DNA from: an uncultured virus (IMG/VR IMGVR_UViG_3300032245_000303)
Lineage: Duplodnaviria > Heunggongvirae > Uroviricota > Caudoviricetes
Virus record (IMG/VR): IMGVR_UViG_3300032245_000303
DNA length: 20,000 bases
Strand: one strand, 5' to 3'
Shown here: positions 1-8,394 of the stretch, one piece after another
How the letters are laid out: each line of letters begins with the position of its first letter
How positions within the stretch are numbered: position 1 is the stretch's first letter
Notes under the pieces: model-generated
What the model saw: the letters and a program-made list of their open reading frames with translations, nothing else
What the model was told of the DNA's origin: nothing
The model's database searches: none
Translations under genes and position numbers: made by a program

Positions 1-159
1 TATTTGGAGGTTCTTGAGGACTTGCATTTCATCAAGCCCCCAATTGACTAAAACTTGGTTATTACCCATGTCTTTACTTTTAGGTATAACAGTCGTGACT
101 TTATTAGGGTCGCGAAGTTTAAGCAATATTGCTTTGTTGTCAATTATCTCCAAATCCAT
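1..159 (-). CDS. N-terminus of probable SNF2/DEAD-like helicase (runs off the window)
   Basis: Not in the ORF track. Manual translation gives MDLEIIDNKAILLKLRDPNKVTTVIPKSKDMGNNQVLVNWGLDEMQVLKNLQI, open to the window edge. GGAGA SD lies just upstream, so the true start may be the TTG at 153. The helicase call rests on recalled similarity of this N-terminus and on gene context; no helicase motif is inside the window. Confidence 0.5.
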   Translation of the reverse strand, partial: MDLEIIDNKAILLKLRDPNKVTTVIPKSKDMGNNQVLVNWGLDEMQVLKNLQI

Positions 160-171
160 TCTCCAATAGAT

Positions 172-270
172 GTCGGCTCCCCGCAGGAAACAAGCAGTAC
201 CGACTGGTAAGGTTTATTATGAACCCTTTTTATCGGGCTAGTGTCTACCACTCCTACCTTACGTAGACAC
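172..270 (-). ncRNA. Candidate structured (pseudoknotted) cis-regulatory RNA in the intergenic leader of the helicase-like gene
   Basis: Complementary pairs: 241-248 GTGTCTAC / 263-270 GTAGACAC; 207-213 GTAAGGT / 256-262 ACCTTAC (in the loop of the first stem); 222-226 / 235-239; 172-176 GTCGG / 200-204 CCGAC. Confidence 0.4.
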
Positions 271-281
271 CTATCACATCA

Positions 282-617
282 TTATTTTAATTTAACTACT
301 TTTGATAATTTTTTATCGCCACGTTTAGTCTTTTCAGAAACTAAGTTTGATTTTTTATCTCGTTTAAATGACCTATTCTGACCAGACTTTTCAATATAAA
401 TACCATCCTTATTAGAACCACCCTTGTCAAGTGCTTTTACATGGGCTACATCTTTACCTTTTCTAATATCGGCTTCACCATCTTTATTCTTATCGGGATA
501 CATCTTATCCACTGCACGTCTTGCACGTTGACGTTCCATACGGCGTTCAAGTTCGCCTCTAGCTTTTTGTTGCTGATATTCTTTTTTATAGGGTCTTGGC
601 TTATTTACATAAGGCAT
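282..617 (-). CDS. HNH endonuclease-like small basic protein
   Basis: DVAHVKALDKGGSNKDG...NRS resembles the phage HNH beta-beta-alpha motif (DxxH...GGxN...N); basic N-terminus. Confidence 0.65.
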   Translation of the reverse strand: MPYVNKPRPYKKEYQQQKARGELERRMERQRARRAVDKMYPDKNKDGEADIRKGKDVAHVKALDKGGSNKDGIYIEKSGQNRSFKRDKKSNLVSEKTKRGDKKLSKVVKLK

Positions 618-618
618 A

Positions 619-1287
619 TTAGTTCCTTCCGTTATGGGCGCACTCTAGTACATAACAATGTTTTTTACACAGGCCACTTGGTCTTGGATTCCATACATTG
701 TTTTCATATGAATATTTCATACGATTAATTTCACTAAACCACTTCATCCACATTTTATCTTGATTTTCGATAGAATACGAGTCTTTAACAAAGTTTTTTG
801 ATACAACAAAAAGTAGTCCTGCCTTTACTTTTTTAATCTGTGGAAAATGTTTAAACACAGCTAAAGCCATTAGTTCTAGTTGGTCAGTATCGGCATACTT
901 GGCAGATTTACCTGTCTTATAATCAATACATCGGGCTTCATCACCATTTATAATAAGTAAGTCAGCAATACCACGCCACCATACATTTTCATCTTTAAAC
1001 TTACAAGGTTCTAAATTAGAAGTTAATCCCATTTCATACTCGCAAAGTTTTTCACCTTCGAGTTGTTTAAGATTATCTAACGCACTCTTTACAAAATCAA
1101 ACTGAGATGGTAGTGGTACGTTATCACGTACGTATTTTTCTGCTGCTAAATGAAAATTCTTGCCGTATGTAATTGCATCAGTAAATGGTTCAACCACATC
1201 TTTTAATACTTTAATATGATAATACTTTTTAGGGCATTGGTCATACATTTTTATAGAAGAGTACGACCAAGCGGGCATTTTAGTCAT
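619..1287 (-). CDS. PD-(D/E)XK nuclease superfamily protein (Cas4/RecB-like phage exonuclease)
   Basis: WSYSSIKMYDQCPKKYY N-terminus, GIADLL...IDYKTGK catalytic motif, QLELMA, and C-terminal CxxxCxxxxC. Start trimmed to the ATG at 1287, which overlaps the upstream stop (1278 is an alternative). Confidence 0.85.
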   Translation of the reverse strand: MTKMPAWSYSSIKMYDQCPKKYYHIKVLKDVVEPFTDAITYGKNFHLAAEKYVRDNVPLPSQFDFVKSALDNLKQLEGEKLCEYEMGLTSNLEPCKFKDENVWWRGIADLLIINGDEARCIDYKTGKSAKYADTDQLELMALAVFKHFPQIKKVKAGLLFVVSKNFVKDSYSIENQDKMWMKWFSEINRMKYSYENNVWNPRPSGLCKKHCYVLECAHNGRN

Positions 1288-1579
1288 TTGTGCATCTTTC
1301 AATTAACGCTGCATAACCACAAATATCTACAATAGAATCTCTATTGTTTGGGTCATTGGCTAATCTAGCTGTTTTTAATAGTATCATTAGTATAGCAACA
1401 TCTTTAGCATTTAATTCACGTTCTCCAACTGCGGTAATGTAAGCATTCCACATTTTAGAAATTGTCTTTAAGTTTTTATCGGGGTGTCCATAGGTTTGTT
1501 CTCTGTCACCATAAATAATTTTATGTGCTTCTTGTAGTACAGATAGTGTCTTTTCGTTCATATCATTCTCCATTAACAT
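1280..1579 (-). CDS. DUF6378-like small phage protein (often beside nucleotide-metabolism genes)
   Basis: Pattern LxEAxxIIxGDRxxxYGxP...I..MW.AY...DVAxxMxxLKxAR.......DSxVDIxGYAAL. Confidence 0.7.
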   Translation of the reverse strand: MLMENDMNEKTLSVLQEAHKIIYGDREQTYGHPDKNLKTISKMWNAYITAVGERELNAKDVAILMILLKTARLANDPNNRDSIVDICGYAALIERCTND

Positions 1580-3405
1580 TCTCCATAATTTTTGCCATAG
1601 CCCGACTCACAATTTACGGGTAATCCTGTAGCCCATTCGGGTGTCCATCTCATACATTTTTCTACGTACTTCTGTGCTGTTTCTGCTTCTTCTTCTTTAG
1701 CAATACACGCTACTGCATCATGTACTGTAAGTACTACATCATATTTTTTTGCAATCTCAATCATTTGTTCACCAATAATACAACGAGCTAGGGCTTGACA
1801 AACATTTTCAATTACCTTACCACCATATATTTTATTCCAACCATATCTTGTTTTATATTGGAACTGTAATTTGTCATCTTCATCTCGCATGTGAACAAGT
1901 TGGTCATATCTCATCAATAACCCACTAGGGAGTCTTACGCCCTTTTCATCTGGGGCCAGAGCTAATACACCATATTTACCTAAAGATGTTGTCATACCTT
2001 TTGATAATGCCTCTAATGACTTTTGTCCTTCACGCCATAGGTTTACTATATATGGATATGTTTGACGATACACTTCAATAATATGTTTAGCGTCATCTTC
2101 AGTCACGTCAGTACCAAATGTTTTTAATTGAGATTTAAATTTAACTGCACCCATGCCATAGCCTGCACCAAGAATTGTAGTCTTACCTACAAATCTTTCT
2201 TCTTTAGTAATTTCTTCTCTAGGTTTGCCATAAATTTTAGATGCCATAATTTTATAAACATCTTCATTTTTAGCAAACGCTTCAACTAAGTCGTTCTGTC
2301 CTGCTAACCACGCTAATACTCGTGCTTCTATCTGACTAGAATCGGCATCAATAATGACATAACCTTCGGGGGCTACAATAGATTTCTTTAATTTACCTGC
2401 ATTGTCGCCACGTGATGGTAAGTTTTGTAAGTTCAAACTATCTGAACCACCCCACCTTCCTGTGTGCGCTGCATAATATTTCAAGGGGACTGGCATCAAT
2501 CCTCGTTTAGCAATCCCAATAAATCTTTCAGTTCGAGTTTCTTCAAGTGTAGACTTAGTTCCAAGTCTTGCCGCAACTAACGTCTGTACTCTGACATCGG
2601 GATGTTCTGCTAAGGCTTTAAATTCTTCATCATTCTTAGCTAGTGCAAAGGTTTCTTTCCCTGTTGCTGGTGAAATCTTTACTGGGGGTTCTACACCTAA
2701 ACTTCTTAATAGTTCTGCAAACTTAGGATTGCTTGCTAGTTCTTCTTTCTCTACATTAGCCTCAGCTAATAGTTTAGCTTTCTTTTCTTTAATATCTGTT
2801 AAGTGCATTTCTAACAAATTTAAATCTAAATCTAGTTTCGGCTGAATAAACATACGTAATGTCAAATCAATTAACTTCATTTCCTGTTTAGGAAATCCTT
2901 TACCTAACATGGCATAAAATAATTTGTGCGTAAGTTCTACGTCATTAATACAGTAATCACCATACCTACTAAGTTCTTCTGATGTAAAGTCCTCACGTCT
3001 TTTACCCGACGCTGCAATAACCTCATCACCCTTAACACCTAGTTTGTATCTTTCAGCCAATGCGGCTAGGCTGCCGCCTACTTCGACACCATGAATTGCA
3101 CGACCCATACATAAAGTATCTGCGTACACTTTAGGATAAATACCAAACTTTTCACTTAATATAAACCCATCAAACATGCAGTTATGTGCCACCATCATGG
3201 CATCTTTCCATGGGAATGTTTGTAGCCAACTTTTAAGTTCTTCATGTGAGCCACTTGCCCATTGGGTTTCTTTGTTGTCTACTTTGACAGATACGCCTAT
3301 GACTTCAAATCTATCATCACGCACGTATTCTTCTGTTGTCATTTTAGATAAACTAAATATTACCTTGTCATAGTATGTTTCAAAGTCAATTGTTATTAAT
3401 TTCAT
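1573..3405 (-). CDS. polA: Family A DNA polymerase with 3'-5' exonuclease domain
   Basis: ExoI DFETY, ExoII AHNCMFD, ExoIII YCINDV; HTGRWGG; motif A DADSSQIEARVLA; motif B RFVGKTTILGAGYGMG; motif C TVHDAV. Confidence 0.95.
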   Translation of the reverse strand: MKLITIDFETYYDKVIFSLSKMTTEEYVRDDRFEVIGVSVKVDNKETQWASGSHEELKSWLQTFPWKDAMMVAHNCMFDGFILSEKFGIYPKVYADTLCMGRAIHGVEVGGSLAALAERYKLGVKGDEVIAASGKRREDFTSEELSRYGDYCINDVELTHKLFYAMLGKGFPKQEMKLIDLTLRMFIQPKLDLDLNLLEMHLTDIKEKKAKLLAEANVEKEELASNPKFAELLRSLGVEPPVKISPATGKETFALAKNDEEFKALAEHPDVRVQTLVAARLGTKSTLEETRTERFIGIAKRGLMPVPLKYYAAHTGRWGGSDSLNLQNLPSRGDNAGKLKKSIVAPEGYVIIDADSSQIEARVLAWLAGQNDLVEAFAKNEDVYKIMASKIYGKPREEITKEERFVGKTTILGAGYGMGAVKFKSQLKTFGTDVTEDDAKHIIEVYRQTYPYIVNLWREGQKSLEALSKGMTTSLGKYGVLALAPDEKGVRLPSGLLMRYDQLVHMRDEDDKLQFQYKTRYGWNKIYGGKVIENVCQALARCIIGEQMIEIAKKYDVVLTVHDAVACIAKEEEAETAQKYVEKCMRWTPEWATGLPVNCESGYGKNYGEC

Positions 3406-3578
3406 CAGAAGGGGGCTTCCTCATAATCGTTTGTGTTAAATGGTTTTACTATTTCTTTTGGTAATGCAACTACATTCTTGCCTTGTTCTTTATGCCACTT
3501 GGCTTCTTTAACATTCCATCTATACTTGCGTATGACTTCACCATCACTATCTAGTACTGCATGAGTGAAGTTACTCAT
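3405..3578 (-). CDS. Hypothetical protein (57 aa)
   Basis: Not in the ORF track. MSNFTHAVLDSDGEVIRKYRW...DYEEAPF. AAGG SD; its stop overlaps the polA start (TGATG) and it fills the gap exactly. Confidence 0.7.
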   Translation of the reverse strand: MSNFTHAVLDSDGEVIRKYRWNVKEAKWHKEQGKNVVALPKEIVKPFNTNDYEEAPF

Positions 3579-3753
3579 TCCTTAACTTCCTATTAAGTTC
3601 TTGCACTATCTTGACACGTTTCTTACCTGCTTCTGCTTTCGTCAATGCTTCTTCTAATTGTTTAATGGTAAACGCTTTGTATTTAGGTCTGCCGTTATGT
3701 GTAAGCATAGGGTTGTTGTGTCGTCTACTCTTGTGTACTTGGGGTTGTGCCAT
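3571..3753 (-). CDS. Hypothetical basic protein (60 aa)
   Basis: GAGGAG SD upstream; fits the operon. Confidence 0.7.
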   Translation of the reverse strand: MAQPQVHKSRRHNNPMLTHNGRPKYKAFTIKQLEEALTKAEAGKKRVKIVQELNRKLRNE

Positions 3754-3925
3754 GTTGTCTCCTCGTATGACTTATATTAATAAGGTGTTCTTCTTCTAAT
3801 TGGTTTAATCTACGTTCATTTGTTCTAAACTGTTGACATATTTCTTTTTGTGTTGCATTTGGATTGTCTAATAAATATTGAATTATTTTAGTAGCTATTT
3901 CTTTATCATCTAATTTTGTATACAT
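3725..3925 (-). CDS. Small putative winged helix-turn-helix protein
   Basis: KIIQYLLDNPNATQKEICQQF...RRLNQLEEE matches the MarR/AsnC-like wHTH pattern (IlxxLxxnPxxtqxei...rLxxLe). Confidence 0.5.
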   Translation of the reverse strand: MYTKLDDKEIATKIIQYLLDNPNATQKEICQQFRTNERRLNQLEEEHLINISHTRRQHGTTPSTQE

Positions 3926-3926
3926 T

Positions 3927-4286
3927 TCATTTATCTGCTATCTCAGCAAAAAATTTATAAATAAACTTACGTAATGACTCACGCGATTTACCTAAAGATT
4001 TTTTAGTGCCATCACTTTTTAATAACCAAAACTCATCTATCTGCATTTCTGTATCTGTATTGCCTTGTATGATTAATACAATAGTCTTTGGTTGTTTTGC
4101 TAACTGCTTCAACAATATGGATTGCCCAATACTTATAGATTCGTTAGGGCGTTTCCATTCACCTACTAAGAAATATCCATTACGTTCATACATCATATCG
4201 ATATTTGAAGGTACATAGTTTTTATATACCCCATTCAATTCGGCAAAATCTATATGTGGTGCGTTGGGGTTTCGCATTAATCCCAT
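3927..4286 (-). CDS. Hypothetical protein, possible restriction-endonuclease-fold nuclease
   Basis: IDMMYERNGYFLVGEWK...SIGQ has D-xn-ExK spacing; tightly coupled to its neighbours. Confidence 0.5.
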   Translation of the reverse strand: MGLMRNPNAPHIDFAELNGVYKNYVPSNIDMMYERNGYFLVGEWKRPNESISIGQSILLKQLAKQPKTIVLIIQGNTDTEMQIDEFWLLKSDGTKKSLGKSRESLRKFIYKFFAEIADK

Positions 4287-4555
4287 TAATCAATGTCCGC
4301 GTTGTGTCTTGTAAATGAATCTATTTCTTCTGCAATATCCGCTTCATCTAAATTTTCATGCGGATTGATTTCGGTTTCGTAAGGAACATCAATAATTTCT
4401 TTGTTATCTTTTTTATGAGTTGGTTTTGTTTCTTCTATTTTTTTAACTAATCTATCAATCATTACAGATGCTTCATACATGCGTACTAAAACTTCTGCAT
4501 TTGATTCAAAAGGTTGTTTTAAAAGATAAGATAATTTTCTTGCTTGTTCTAACAT
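4286..4555 (-). CDS. Hypothetical protein (89 aa)
   Basis: Trimmed from the track ORF 4286..4774 to MLEQARKL..., which has an AAGGAG SD upstream. Confidence 0.65.
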   Translation of the reverse strand: MLEQARKLSYLLKQPFESNAEVLVRMYEASVMIDRLVKKIEETKPTHKKDNKEIIDVPYETEINPHENLDEADIAEEIDSFTRHNADID

Positions 4556-4692
4556 GTTGAATAACTCCTTAAATACATTAAATCTATTGCTAAATATAAT
4601 CCATACATAATTCCTACTGTACCAAAGATAACAATGGTCATAATAATTTGTTCTACTATAAGTTCTTGTAGGGGTATCTTTTGTTTTCTCAT
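4549..4692 (-). CDS. Small membrane protein (47 aa)
   Basis: MRKQKIPLQELIVEQIIMTIVIFGTVGIMYGLYLAIDL has one hydrophobic helix; ATGA overlap with the glycosyltransferase stop. Confidence 0.55.
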   Translation of the reverse strand: MRKQKIPLQELIVEQIIMTIVIFGTVGIMYGLYLAIDLMYLRSYSTC

Positions 4693-5450
4693 ACTCTTGG
4701 TAAGAATCCGCTGAATGTATATGAGCCTGTATGAGATAGTTGCGCCCAAGGTGCCGCCCATACTTTAAAGCCATTGTCCCTAGCTAATTTGCAGAAGTGA
4801 TAATCCTCTGATAAAAGGCGATTACCCGAATCTTTATCAATACTTGTATCAAAGAACTGGTATATTTTTCGTGGTTTACGTTCTGTATCTATGATGGTGT
4901 ACATGTCACTATTATAAGTGGGTACAACATCTTTTAATTTTTCTAGTACTTCACGCTTAATAAGCATAAACCCCGTACCACCATTAGCAATCTCAATAGG
5001 TTCACTAAGTTTTACTTGTATATGTGGTGCATGGTCTACGGCATTTACTACAAACACTCCCGTATAATTTCCTAATGATTGTGGTGGTATGCCTTCTTTA
5101 ACTGCGTCTGATACTTGATTCCAATTAATTTCTTTTTTAGGATATATACCACATATAACATCTTTATCAGCAGTCACCATCGGGATAATATCTTGTGGAT
5201 TAAATCCAATATCAGAATCTATAAATAGTAGGTGTGTACATTCTTTGGTATCTAAAAAATCATTTGCTAAACTATCACGTGCGCGAGTAATTAAAGACTC
5301 GTTCATCATATGAGAAAAGGTAAAACCCATTCCCGAATTGGTAAAGGTATTTACCATAGTAAGTAAACTTGTGGCAAACGCACCATGACACATTCCACCA
5401 TACATTGGAGTTGCTACAAATAAAAACGGCACTTCTACTTTTTGTTCCAT
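4689..5450 (-). CDS. GT-A fold glycosyltransferase-like protein
   Basis: LFVATPMYGG, ESLITRAR, DxD motif LFIDSD, GTGFMLIKR, LSEDYHFC...GFKVW...LSHTG. Confidence 0.8.
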   Translation of the reverse strand: MEQKVEVPFLFVATPMYGGMCHGAFATSLLTMVNTFTNSGMGFTFSHMMNESLITRARDSLANDFLDTKECTHLLFIDSDIGFNPQDIIPMVTADKDVICGIYPKKEINWNQVSDAVKEGIPPQSLGNYTGVFVVNAVDHAPHIQVKLSEPIEIANGGTGFMLIKREVLEKLKDVVPTYNSDMYTIIDTERKPRKIYQFFDTSIDKDSGNRLLSEDYHFCKLARDNGFKVWAAPWAQLSHTGSYTFSGFLPRV

Positions 5451-5465
5451 AAGTATTCTCCTTGA

Positions 5466-5726
5466 TTAAACTTCGGTGGTGTCGGTAGTTTGTGCTTCTT
5501 GATTTTTTTGTTTCATATCATTCACCATGTCATAAACTTCTGACAGTCTATTAGTGAGTGCTTCTTTAGGAATGTTAAGGTTGTGTGCTACATCTGATAG
5601 TACAAAGAATATACTTGATACTGCAACTTCAATAGGTGGGTTGTGCTTACGAAATACGTCCATGACTTCTTTAATTAAAATATTAAAGTCTTGTTCTGTT
5701 TTTAATTGTTGCTCGTCCATTCTCAT
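5466..5726 (-). CDS. Hypothetical protein (86 aa)
   Basis: ORF with AAGGAG SD; fits the operon. Confidence 0.7.
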   Translation of the reverse strand: MRMDEQQLKTEQDFNILIKEVMDVFRKHNPPIEVAVSSIFFVLSDVAHNLNIPKEALTNRLSEVYDMVNDMKQKNQEAQTTDTTEV

Positions 5727-5731
5727 TCTCC

Positions 5732-6031
5732 TTATGATGTTAGTCGACCGACTAACTGATTTTCTAAATTTACTACGTCATCTTCATATACAACTAATGC
5801 AGTTCCACCTGCTTCGCGTATACGATTAAGATTCAATTCTTGTAATGCAGTCGTCTTACCTTTGCCTGCTTTAGTTTCTATACCAAAAAACTTTCCTTGA
5901 TAACAAACTAAAAAATCGGGCGCACCTTGCTTACCAAATCCGTTAGTGACTGGCATCAAATAATATGCGCCTAGCTTGTCTAACACTAGGCGCACTTGTT
6001 TCTTAACTTTCCCCTCGGGGGTTGTTGCCAT
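5732..6031 (-). CDS. VRR-NUC domain nuclease / Holliday junction resolvase-like
   Basis: TPEGKVK...GAPDFLVCYQGKFFGIETKAGKGKTTALQ...AGG. Start trimmed to MATTPE (AAGGAG SD). Confidence 0.85.
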   Translation of the reverse strand: MATTPEGKVKKQVRLVLDKLGAYYLMPVTNGFGKQGAPDFLVCYQGKFFGIETKAGKGKTTALQELNLNRIREAGGTALVVYEDDVVNLENQLVGRLTS

Positions 6032-6032
6032 T

Positions 6033-6422
6033 CTAATTCTCCTTGTATAGCCAATAGATATTACGGCTAATACGTCTCCCCACACCCTGTATATCGTTAT
6101 TAATTTTCATAGGGTCAAGCACCATAAGTACGGCTAACTTCTCCTGCGCCCACTTCGGTAATTCATTTATCGTATCATAACGCATTTTTAATTCGGGTGC
6201 AAAGTTTTCTAACAAATCATAACAATCTGTATTAACCTCTCCTGTTCTGTCATGTATAGTTATACGATAGATAGGTTGTTCCTTTAACATATTAAGGAGT
6301 GAATCAATATGATGCTCTGATAAATGCTGATGTATTTTTTCTCCTCGACTTTGCACACTCTTAAACAAGTCTGTAATGACTTGTGATTTTACATTATCTT
6401 CTCTCGTTATTTTATATTCCAT
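6033..6422 (-). CDS. Hypothetical protein (129 aa)
   Basis: Tightly packed ORF. Its C-terminus (ELPKWAQEKLAVLMVL...GVGRRISRNIYWL) resembles the C-terminus of 6424..7377. Confidence 0.75.
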   Translation of the reverse strand: MEYKITREDNVKSQVITDLFKSVQSRGEKIHQHLSEHHIDSLLNMLKEQPIYRITIHDRTGEVNTDCYDLLENFAPELKMRYDTINELPKWAQEKLAVLMVLDPMKINNDIQGVGRRISRNIYWLYKEN

Positions 6423-6423
6423 A

Positions 6424-7377
6424 CTATCCCCTCTCTAACCAAAATGTTTTGTCATCAATCTTTTGCCCGATACGTGCAACGTACTGTTCATCTTGTAATA
6501 TGTTAAGGACTGATACGCCGTTGAGTATTTCTTCAGGTAGCGTATCCATAGAATAGGTAGTCGGCGGACTAACAAATTTTGGTATGCTAGTGCTACTCAT
6601 CACATCTACTGTTTCCTGTACATCAACATATGTTTCATCACCTACTTGACGGAAGCGTACAAATAGTGCATTTATTTTACGGGCATCTTCTTCCTTAACT
6701 TTTTGTAGCGTCTCTACCATTTTACTTGCAACATCAATAAACGCTTGTGTTTTAAATTTAGTTCCCATGGTTATTAGATGTATCATCTCTTGTTCTATGG
6801 TCGCTTGGTTTGCATAAGTGATACCCCGTAATAAGTTGTTAAGGTCACTACGTGCAGTCTTACTATTGTTATATATCTTATACGCTACATCACTAAAGTA
6901 TTCTGACGCAAGTTCTCTATCTGTGTAGGGTACAACATACTTACTTATAATTTTAAATGCTTTGTCCATGTTAGATGTCATGAGCATATTATATTCAGTA
7001 CGTCCATCACTATACTTAGCATTAGTTATCTTGCGACTGTACACTCCATAAGTTTCTGTTGGGTGTGCTTTATGCGATACAGTATAATCCTTGTACCCTA
7101 CGCGTCCGAGTTCAAATGCACAATCGTCTGTGTATAAGAAAAATTCCCTTACTGTATGTACCGAACCATTAGTGTGTATAGCTTTGGGGTGTATCTTTAG
7201 TGTTGGCATATACTGTAATATCTTATCCATTAAAGGTTTAAGTGGTTGTTCAACAGGATAGTCTTGCACCCATGTTTGCCAATTATTATCCTTAGCATGT
7301 TGTATTGCTCTTACTAATCCATCTTTATTACCTTGATGTTCTAATACTTCTTTCATTTTCTGAGCCGTCATTTCCAT
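6424..7377 (-). CDS. Hypothetical protein (317 aa)
   Basis: Long ORF with AAGGAG SD; no motif recognised. Confidence 0.8.
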   Translation of the reverse strand: MEMTAQKMKEVLEHQGNKDGLVRAIQHAKDNNWQTWVQDYPVEQPLKPLMDKILQYMPTLKIHPKAIHTNGSVHTVREFFLYTDDCAFELGRVGYKDYTVSHKAHPTETYGVYSRKITNAKYSDGRTEYNMLMTSNMDKAFKIISKYVVPYTDRELASEYFSDVAYKIYNNSKTARSDLNNLLRGITYANQATIEQEMIHLITMGTKFKTQAFIDVASKMVETLQKVKEEDARKINALFVRFRQVGDETYVDVQETVDVMSSTSIPKFVSPPTTYSMDTLPEEILNGVSVLNILQDEQYVARIGQKIDDKTFWLERG

Positions 7378-7383
7378 TCTCCT

Positions 7384-8355
7384 TTATTTATAATCAACAT
7401 CATACATATTGCCAACCTTACGCATCATCTCTATAAACTTTTGGCGTGATTTATCTCCTACTTGATAGTGCCTACCCGTTCCAATAGACTCAGTTGCATA
7501 AGCAATACATACTGCGAGTGCCATTTTCTTTGGGTGTTCCTCATCATTAAGTATGTCCAATACTTCTTTAGAGTTAGTTGATTGATGCCAATACCATATA
7601 CTAGTCTTGCCATTTGTCATCAAGTCTGAATAAACATCTAGTCCTTCATGTGTTAGACTGTCACCCAACACAGGCAACATGACGTTTGTCCATTCCCAAA
7701 ACTTTAATATCTTGTCTTGATATTGATATGCAAGTTCACCCTTACGTTTAGTGGGTACAGGCAATAAGTTATTAACACGTGTAAAATTATTTCCTTCACG
7801 TTTAAATATAATCTTATGGTCTTGTAATATCTCTATACTTCCACTCGAACCCCACTTCACATTACTAACCATTTTCGGCAATGCATAATCTTTGTCCTCA
7901 TAGTTAATAAAATGTTTGCCTGTGTTATACCAAAATGTTATTCCGACAGGCAAGTACCATGCTAGAAATTCAAACCTTGTATATGATGTTTGAAATTTAT
8001 GATAGTGATTGCGTATTGTTAAATACTCACCATCGGCTCTACGTTCCCATAGGATAGGGCATGTTTGTTTTAATTCTTCTTTACCACCCCACCACCATTC
8101 ATGTCCGTCACATAAGCCATAAGTATTATCATCAAACTTATATACACGTTCCCACCATTTCCAACGACTATTGAGTGGTCGTCTGTCCTGCATACGTAAG
8201 CCTGTATCTTTAGTTCTTACAGGCGTAATGCTTTCATATGCCTTTACTACTTCATCAAACGTAGACATACCACGATGAATTGATTTACCATATTCAGATG
8301 TTTTAAATTTATTTATTCTACCTATTTGTGCTACCTTAACTTCTATTGCACCCAT
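7384..8355 (-). CDS. Hypothetical Trp-rich protein (323 aa)
   Basis: Long ORF with AAGGA SD; no motif recognised. Confidence 0.8.
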   Translation of the reverse strand: MGAIEVKVAQIGRINKFKTSEYGKSIHRGMSTFDEVVKAYESITPVRTKDTGLRMQDRRPLNSRWKWWERVYKFDDNTYGLCDGHEWWWGGKEELKQTCPILWERRADGEYLTIRNHYHKFQTSYTRFEFLAWYLPVGITFWYNTGKHFINYEDKDYALPKMVSNVKWGSSGSIEILQDHKIIFKREGNNFTRVNNLLPVPTKRKGELAYQYQDKILKFWEWTNVMLPVLGDSLTHEGLDVYSDLMTNGKTSIWYWHQSTNSKEVLDILNDEEHPKKMALAVCIAYATESIGTGRHYQVGDKSRQKFIEMMRKVGNMYDVDYK

Positions 8356-8394
8356 TTTAGTTTCCTTAGTTATGTTAGTCTGCCGACTAACGTG

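Noticed and set aside
619..1287. Cas4-like nuclease as evidence of a CRISPR-Cas system
   Set aside because: Solo PD-(D/E)XK nucleases beside polA are routine phage replication/recombination genes.
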